Below, piece after piece: positions 58,015 to 64,000 of a DNA stretch of 64,000 nucleotides (the stretch's first letter is position 1; each line of letters opens with the position of its first letter). The stretch comes from Bacteroidota bacterium (lineage in GTDB: Bacteria > Bacteroidota > Ignavibacteria > UBA10030 > UBA6906). The stretch covers positions 4,789-68,788 of the forward strand of contig DATJPR010000098.1 of assembly GCA_035506295.1 (NCBI GenBank), in the 5' to 3' direction. The notes beneath the pieces are model-generated. The model saw only the letters and a program-made list of their open reading frames with translations, was not told the DNA's origin and did not search any database. Both the position numbers and the translations under genes were made by a program.

Positions 58015-59576
58015 GCTCTATGCTTTTCTTTTTGCTGCAAGGCGACCGCAATTTCACGAATCGGTTCGGTCCAGCTCTGCAAATGTGTCTGCCGGAACAG
58101 TCTCATGCTCGGGTACCACGATGTTACCTCACCGGTCCTCGGCCACCGCCAGTCCGCGGCGAAGGGGAGCAGCGTCCAGACTTCCTTCCCCATGGCTCCG
58201 GCAAGATGCGCGATCGACGTGTCGACGGAGATCAGGAGATCGAGGTTGTCGATGATGGCTGCTGTTTCCTCCATGGTTCCAATGTCCCGGCCGAGGGTCA
58301 TGATTTTTTCACTCTGTGCCGGCTCGCCGGCATCGGTGAGCTGCAAGCTGTAGAAGGTGATCTCCGGAGCGGCAAGCAAGGGCTCGAGATCCTCGACTGA
58401 AAGCGATTTCAGCCGGGCGTGCCGATTGTTCGTGTTGCTTGCCCAGACCAGACCCACGCTCAATCCAGGCGTCTCCCGTATCCACCTCCAACGTGCAGAG
58501 CGTGCCGGATCGGCGTCGAGATATACCGTTGCGAAGGGGAGATTCGACGCCTGGATCCCGAGACGGTGCGGCAAACTCATCAATGCAAGATAGGTGTCAA
58601 AGGGCGGAATCCTGCCGCCGTTGACATCGACCAATGCGTTCGCCGCCTTGAACCGCGCGAAGAGTCCGAGAAGATGCTCATAGCACCCGAAGACAACCTT
58701 CGCCCCCCGTCGCCGGAGTTCCGGAAGAAACCTCACGAACTGAATCTGATCTCCCATCCCCTGTTCGCCGTAGACGTAGATCGTTTTCCCCTCGAGAGAG
58801 CCCCCATCCCAGAGCGGCTGAGGAAACACCCTGACACCGATCCGCCCACCGGTATCGCTGCACCGCAAGCGCCATTCATACTCCTTCCAACCGCTGACAT
58901 ACTCGCCCGAGGCGAGGAGCGCGAGCGCAAGCGAGTGGTGCGCCTCGGGCGATTCCGGGTCAAGTGCGAGCGCGGCGTTATAGGCAACGCGTGCGCCGGC
59001 GACATCATTCATCTCCTTCATGAGATTCCCGATGTTGACATAGCTGCCGGCATGATGCGGACGCAACGACAGAGCGCGGGTGTAGCACCGCAAGGCCTCC
59101 ACGTATCTGACCTGTTGCTCGAAAACATAGCCGGAGTTCACCCAGGCACCATAGTGCTCGGGCTGCGCTTGAAGTACGCAACCGTACTCCGCTTCCGCTT
59201 GCGCATACCGTTCCGTATCCCGTGCCCAGTTACCGAGATTAAAGTGCGCGTTCACCGACGAAGGATCCGCCTCGAGGGCACGACGATACCATGCTGCAGC
59301 GGTCTCGAGGTCTCCCCGCTTCCGGCATATCAAGCCCAGCTCCACACTGGCAAGGCTGTGGTCGGGCCTCAACGCTAGCACGTGGTGAAAACATGCGTCC
59401 GCCCGTCCAAGATCTCCACGGTCGCGGGAGAATATCCCGAGGTTGAACCATGCATCAACATCGAGGGGCGACGCGGCGACGCGCTCTTCCAATTGCATTC
59501 GGGCGCGATCCACGACGGCACCGTAATCCGCCGCCGTCTCTGTGCTCCCGGCTCCCTGTACGTCACGTTCGTGCAT
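58011..59576 (-). CDS. TPR repeats + C-terminal GT9-like glycosyltransferase (paralog B)
   Basis: 521 aa. TPR units, then EQGMGDQIQFVRFLPELRRRGAKVVFG...ITFYSLQL...DLLISVDTSIAHLAGAMGKEVWTLLPFAADWRWPRTGEVTSWYPSMRLFRQ, which is clearly paralogous to 55011-56852. Confidence 0.8.
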   Translation of the reverse strand: MHERDVQGAGSTETAADYGAVVDRARMQLEERVAASPLDVDAWFNLGIFSRDRGDLGRADACFHHVLALRPDHSLASVELGLICRKRGDLETAAAWYRRALEADPSSVNAHFNLGNWARDTERYAQAEAEYGCVLQAQPEHYGAWVNSGYVFEQQVRYVEALRCYTRALSLRPHHAGSYVNIGNLMKEMNDVAGARVAYNAALALDPESPEAHHSLALALLASGEYVSGWKEYEWRLRCSDTGGRIGVRVFPQPLWDGGSLEGKTIYVYGEQGMGDQIQFVRFLPELRRRGAKVVFGCYEHLLGLFARFKAANALVDVNGGRIPPFDTYLALMSLPHRLGIQASNLPFATVYLDADPARSARWRWIRETPGLSVGLVWASNTNNRHARLKSLSVEDLEPLLAAPEITFYSLQLTDAGEPAQSEKIMTLGRDIGTMEETAAIIDNLDLLISVDTSIAHLAGAMGKEVWTLLPFAADWRWPRTGEVTSWYPSMRLFRQTHLQSWTEPIREIAVALQQKEKHRA

Positions 59577-59630
59577 GGATCAATGGAGAATGTCGTGCTC
59601 TGTTTGGGACCGAATCGTTGCGTACGCTCC

Positions 59631-62600
59631 TCAGTTGCCCTCAACCCGCGCTTCGACAAGAAGCGTGTTGTGCTCCCGGTCCAGGCCAAGAGCCATATTT
59701 GCCTGCGCAAGACCTTCGACGGCAGCAGTCGAGCCCGGGTCGTTCTTCACGGCCCACTCGAACATCGTCTTCGAGGCGTCGAAACGATGCGAGAGGAAGA
59801 ACACCTCGCCGAGACCTGCACATGCCCGGGAGGAGTCTGGACGGAGGCGGAGACTCTGTTCGAAATGGCGTCTTGCGGGCTCCAGTTCCTTGAGCGACAG
59901 GTAGCACACGCCGCGGAAGTTCTCGACCGCCGAGATCAGCTCTTGACGGTGCGATTCGTCCGAAAGTGACCGTGCGTCCTCTTCCACCGACGCCACGGAG
60001 GCTATGGCCTCACGATACTGCCGGCTCCCGAACAGTCGCTGGGCTTCGTTCAGCCGTTCGTCAAGACCGTGCGAGCTTCCTTCGCTCTCAACCCTGCGGT
60101 TGTCGGGCGTGCCTTGTCCGGACGATGCCTGGGCCTGCAGTGCTGCAGAATTCTCCGGATCGAGCTCGAGAACTCTCGCAAGGAGCCGCCGGGCTTCCTC
60201 GTGTGCTCCTCCGGCGAGAAGCAGTTGTGCAAGGCCGGTGAGGGCTTTGGTGGAATTCGGCGCAATGCCGATTGCTTGTCGATACCATCCTGCCGCAATG
60301 TCGCGCTCGCCGATCCGTGCAGCGATGGAACCTGCCAGACAGAGCAACTCGTCGAAGCGTGCCGCCACGCTCATCCCGTCCGCATCGTGGTAGTGACTGA
60401 TCGCCTCCGTAACGCAAGCGAGCGCATCCGGGAGCGAGCCTTCCTCAATCGCAGCCCGCGCCCGGTCGAACCAGCGAAGGAATTCGGAGGTCCTGACAGG
60501 GATATGCACGCCCCGTACGGCGGGTCGCTTCTGGAGCGTCCAGATCTCCTCGGGAGTTCCTCCCCACTTCTGCGAGAAGACATGCAGATTCGTCTCCAAC
60601 CGACGTCGGTACTTCTCCTTGCCGTCGGCGAGGAAACTCTTCGAGCCGAAATGATGGACGAACACATCCTTCGCAACAACGCTTTTGAACCCCGCAATGT
60701 TGGCTCTCAGACAATAGTCGTCGTCCTCATAATTCCCCGGCGTGAAGCGCTCGTCCACCCCTCCCACCGCCTCGAGGACATCTCGTGTCATCAGTGTGCA
60801 GAAGAACGCCACCCTTGGCACCACCTGCGTCTGACCTGAGCTCCTTTTCGCAGCGGCGGCGGCATATTCGTGCATTTCGTCGATCGTCGCGTACTTCGCT
60901 TCCTGGTCGAACTGTGCCCCGCTGATGCGATTACTCATCGGCCCGACGATCCCGACTCGTTCCTGGCTGTGCGCCACTTCGAGTAGGCGTTCGAGCCAGC
61001 CGTCTGTGACGACGGCGTCGTTGTTCAGGAGAAGCACATCCTCCCCGACAGCTGCCGCGATGCCCTGATTCATTGCTGCCGGGAAGCCCTTGTTCTCCGC
61101 GTTCCGGATGAGGCGCACCTCGGGATATTGCCTCAGCGCATCGACTGTGCCGTCGGTTGAACCATTGTCGACAACGATGATCTCGTGACTTGCTCGTGTG
61201 TGGCGCCGGATACTGTCCAGACACTGCCGGGTATAGTCGATCTGGTTGTAGGTCGCGAGGATGATCGAGACCTGAGGAGGAGTAGGATAGCGGAGCGCTC
61301 GATACGACGTGAAGGACGCTCTCGTGTCGAAACTTGTGATATACGCCAGTCGATTCCTGGTGGCGTCCGCGGAATATTGGCGCTTCACCAGCTCGAGCCC
61401 GTCGCGGACGAGCTGACTCCAGAGGTCCTCATTTCCATAGAGCTTGACCACCGCCGCGGCAAATGCTTCCGGATCGTCCGCGATCAGCGCATGCTTGCCG
61501 TCGACAATGTTCATCCCTTCGGCGGCGATGGTCGTCATCACGCACGGGAGACCGTGGGCGATCGCCTCGCCGACTTTCCCTTTGACGCCCGCTCCATATC
61601 GGATGGGGACCACCGAAAGCCTGCAACGGTCGAAATATTCCGTCAGGCTTGGAACCCAGCCGGTCACGGTGATGTCCGGCCCCTGGAGCGAGGTGATGCC
61701 CGGCGGCGGATTGTTCCCCACAACAAGAAGCTGCACGCCGGGTAACGAGCGCCGGACGATCGGGAAAATCCTCTCGACGAAATAGGTGACGGCATCCTGG
61801 TTGGGAGCATGATTGAAATTGCCGACAAACAGAAGATCTTTCCTCGCACCGAATGGCACGGACGAGGGTGCGGGCTCGTGGATGTTCGTCATGATGAACA
61901 CCGGTTTCGAGGGGAGGTCGGTCATGAGAACACGCCGATCTTCCTCGGTCACCGTGGTCACACAATCCGCCTTCGCGTAGACCGCGAGTTCGCGACGCTT
62001 TTTTTCCTGCGCTTCCTTCTGGAGCTTCTTGTCCTTCAGCAGGTCAGCTTGCCGCGCCTCCCGGAGATAGTGCAAGTCGTGGGTATCAATGATGATTGGC
62101 GTGTCCGGCAGTTCCTCGCGGACGAAATCCATGAAGTACTCGGCGACGAACCAGAAACTGAGGTAGACGAAGTCGGGCGCCCGGGTTTTCAGGTCGAGGC
62201 GTGCGATGATTTGCCTGAGTATCCCACGGACATCCGGCGAATTCCTGAGAGCCCACCATTGTTCGTACCCGAGCCAGATGAACTCCACGCCGAGTGCTCT
62301 CAGCTCCATGAGATAGGACTCGGATGTCGGGCCGAGATTTGCACCGACGAGATGCGCATACGTAACCTGCCACCCCAGCTTGACCATTTCCTTGAGGGTG
62401 TTGTACATGCGCAGCGTGCCTGAGGCCTTGTCGGGTAACGGCGGCCAGTCATCGATGATCAGGACAGAACGCGTCCTGCTCCGGCGGGATGCCTCGAAGA
62501 CCACTCGTTGTTCGTTCGCGTGCTGTTTTCCAAGCCGATGCTGCCACCGCTCCCGGAACTTTGGAAGATTGACCTCCTGAAACCGCTTAAAGCCCTTTGT

Positions 62601-63713
62601 CACATCCTTCCCAGCCGTGACGCCTTCGTGGTGTATCACTGCCGCGGTCGGACAATAGTAGACTTTGAATCCCAGCTCGCGCACGGCAAAGCAGAGATCA
62701 CTGTCTTCGCAGTAGGCAGGCGCGTACCGTTCATCAAAGCCACCAAGAAGCTTGAACAGATCCGCCCTCACCATAAGCGCTGCGCCGGAACAGTAGTCGA
62801 CCTCCCGGACAAAGGACACCAGGGAGCTTTTCGCGAGAAACCCTCTTCCGTAGTTCCACCCGTTCCCGTCCGAAAAAATGATACCTCCGGCTTCCTGGAC
62901 CGTACGATCGGTAGAGAGAAGCCGGGCGCCGACGGCCCCCGCATCGGGATGAGCCGCCATGCACCCGAGCATTTCCGTCAGCCAACCCTTCTGCACTTCC
63001 GTGTCATTGTTCAGGAAGACCAGGATCTCGCCCGAGGCCTGCCGGGCCGCAAGGTTGTTCCCTCCGACAAAGCCGAGGTTCGTGCGCGACTGGATGAACG
63101 TGATCTTCCGGGAAAACATCTCGAGATACCCCGGCGTATCGTCGACCGAGGCATTATCAACGACAAGGACTTCGAGGTTGGGATATTCCGTATTGGCAAA
63201 CAGTGCGGACAGGCACTTGATCGTATAGTCGAGCTTGTTGTAACAGAGGATGATGACCGAGACTTTCGGCCCCGAAGCATCTGCGTTGTCGGATCGGGCC
63301 CTTCCCTGTTCCACAATCGAGGCGATTGATGCATCGCCGAAGGGAAATGATCTCGCGAGAGCGCTCACATGGCAGGCGATGCCTTCCTTCGTCTTCGAGC
63401 GGTCCATGCATTCGGCATAGAGGCGAAACGCGCTTTCTCTGTTGCCGAGCGCGAGCATGGTGTGTGCGAGATAGAACAGTGCGTACAGGTCGGTGGGATT
63501 TTCCGAGAGCGCGGCTTCAAAACGTTCCTTGGCGACACGGAATTCGTGCCGGTAGTAGAATATGCGCCCGAGAAGCTTGTTGATCTCCGCGCGGTCTGCC
63601 TGTTCACGACCATCAGCCTCAAGCGCCGTGCGTAAGCAGGCGATCGCATCATCGTACCGGTCGGCGCAGAATAGCTCTTGAACGGTGTGAACGAAAGGAT
63701 CTGAGAGGGTCAT
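59631..63713 (-). CDS. 1360-aa multi-domain glycosyltransferase (TPR, GT2, GT4-like, GT2, TPR)
   Basis: N-terminal TPR (aa ~1-110). GT2 (VSVIILCYNKLDYTIKCLSALFANTEYPNLEVLVVDNASVDDT...FLNNDTEV...EDSDLC). GT-B/GT4-like (LLFVGNFNHAPNQDAV...GAGVKGKVGEAIAHGLPCVMTTIAAEG). Second GT2 (VSIILATYNQIDYTRQCLDSIRRHTRASHEIIVVDNGSTDGT...LLNNDAVV...EDDDYC). C-terminal TPR (~aa 1120-1350). Confidence 0.85.
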   Translation of the reverse strand: MTLSDPFVHTVQELFCADRYDDAIACLRTALEADGREQADRAEINKLLGRIFYYRHEFRVAKERFEAALSENPTDLYALFYLAHTMLALGNRESAFRLYAECMDRSKTKEGIACHVSALARSFPFGDASIASIVEQGRARSDNADASGPKVSVIILCYNKLDYTIKCLSALFANTEYPNLEVLVVDNASVDDTPGYLEMFSRKITFIQSRTNLGFVGGNNLAARQASGEILVFLNNDTEVQKGWLTEMLGCMAAHPDAGAVGARLLSTDRTVQEAGGIIFSDGNGWNYGRGFLAKSSLVSFVREVDYCSGAALMVRADLFKLLGGFDERYAPAYCEDSDLCFAVRELGFKVYYCPTAAVIHHEGVTAGKDVTKGFKRFQEVNLPKFRERWQHRLGKQHANEQRVVFEASRRSRTRSVLIIDDWPPLPDKASGTLRMYNTLKEMVKLGWQVTYAHLVGANLGPTSESYLMELRALGVEFIWLGYEQWWALRNSPDVRGILRQIIARLDLKTRAPDFVYLSFWFVAEYFMDFVREELPDTPIIIDTHDLHYLREARQADLLKDKKLQKEAQEKKRRELAVYAKADCVTTVTEEDRRVLMTDLPSKPVFIMTNIHEPAPSSVPFGARKDLLFVGNFNHAPNQDAVTYFVERIFPIVRRSLPGVQLLVVGNNPPPGITSLQGPDITVTGWVPSLTEYFDRCRLSVVPIRYGAGVKGKVGEAIAHGLPCVMTTIAAEGMNIVDGKHALIADDPEAFAAAVVKLYGNEDLWSQLVRDGLELVKRQYSADATRNRLAYITSFDTRASFTSYRALRYPTPPQVSIILATYNQIDYTRQCLDSIRRHTRASHEIIVVDNGSTDGTVDALRQYPEVRLIRNAENKGFPAAMNQGIAAAVGEDVLLLNNDAVVTDGWLERLLEVAHSQERVGIVGPMSNRISGAQFDQEAKYATIDEMHEYAAAAAKRSSGQTQVVPRVAFFCTLMTRDVLEAVGGVDERFTPGNYEDDDYCLRANIAGFKSVVAKDVFVHHFGSKSFLADGKEKYRRRLETNLHVFSQKWGGTPEEIWTLQKRPAVRGVHIPVRTSEFLRWFDRARAAIEEGSLPDALACVTEAISHYHDADGMSVAARFDELLCLAGSIAARIGERDIAAGWYRQAIGIAPNSTKALTGLAQLLLAGGAHEEARRLLARVLELDPENSAALQAQASSGQGTPDNRRVESEGSSHGLDERLNEAQRLFGSRQYREAIASVASVEEDARSLSDESHRQELISAVENFRGVCYLSLKELEPARRHFEQSLRLRPDSSRACAGLGEVFFLSHRFDASKTMFEWAVKNDPGSTAAVEGLAQANMALGLDREHNTLLVEARVEGN

Positions 63714-63734
63714 AGAAGTCCGCTTCCTCCCCTC

Positions 63735-64000
63735 TTATACCGCAAGTGCCACGATGTAGTGCGCAAATCCGAGCCGCGACCAGACGCCGTAGGTGCAAAG
63801 CTCTTCGTCGTTGTGTGCGGCACCCTGCATGATCATCGTGTCTTCCGTAAATCGATTCCGGATGGCACCGGCCTGCGCAATGCGGAACCCGGATGCTTCT
63901 ACGAGCGACTTGAGCTCGTTCAGACCGAAGGTTCTCCGGTGCGTGCTGTCGTCGAAGAAGTTCACCGTTGACACAGGAACACCTGCAGCGAGGAATTCTA
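63735..64000 (-). CDS. Probable class I SAM-dependent methyltransferase, C-terminal fragment (5' end beyond the window)
   Basis: The frame stays open upstream of the track GTG (63974) to the window edge (...EFLAAGVPVSTVNFFDDSTHRRTFGLNELKSLVEASGFRI...). The pattern resembles the tail of small-molecule methyltransferases. The fragment is short. Confidence 0.45.
   Translation of the reverse strand, partial: EFLAAGVPVSTVNFFDDSTHRRTFGLNELKSLVEASGFRIAQAGAIRNRFTEDTMIMQGAAHNDEELCTYGVWSRLGFAHYIVALAV

Overview
GC-rich bacterial window (about 60% GC by eye). Every credible gene lies on the minus strand, so transcription runs from high to low coordinates. There are four blocks. (i) 64000->53482 is a TPR/glycosyltransferase island. 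It holds a partial methyltransferase, a 1360-aa TPR-GT2-GT4-GT2-TPR fusion, two TPR+GT9-like paralogs, a GT4 and a GT2+TPR protein, and it ends just upstream of the flagellin promoter. (ii) 53373->48684 is a late flagellar block: a sigma-28-type promoter, a short flagellin, fliS, fliD, flaG, an FlgN-like ORF and flgM, followed by a NarL/LuxR response regulator. (iii) 48406->15294 is a dense signalling region made of three operons. The first encodes REC-PAS-HK, a sigma-54 enhancer-binding protein and two more REC-headed PAS/GAF kinases. The second is sigma-54-promoted and encodes a REC protein, two Cys-rich miniproteins, cheW, a secreted TonB_C protein and a poly-HAMP MCP. The third is an ~18-kb almost gap-free operon in which two 'hybrid kinase-Hpt + REC-Cys4' cassettes, an HDOD protein, FapA/DUF342 and a HEAT-repeat protein are joined to cheR-REC-cheY-cheZ-cheZ-cheA-cheB. 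(iv) 15209->1 starts with an exact sigma-54-type promoter and continues into a Bacillus/spirochaete-style flagellar operon: flgB-flgC-orf97-fliE-fliF-fliG-fliH-fliI-fliJ-ylxF-like-fliK-flgD-(TIGR02530-like)-flgE-flbD-fliL-fliM-fliN-fliO-fliP (partial). I saw no rRNA, tRNA, CRISPR array or mobile element. All long plus-strand ORFs look like antisense shadows of minus-strand genes. The items most worth a second look are the duplicated kinase-Hpt/REC-Cys4 cassettes wired into a che operon that lacks its own cheW and MCP, the sigma-54 promoter set, several unassigned small ORFs in conserved operon slots, the tandem CheZ-like genes, and the flagellin-adjacent multi-domain glycosyltransferase island. 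All family assignments come from motif recognition by eye. No database search was run.
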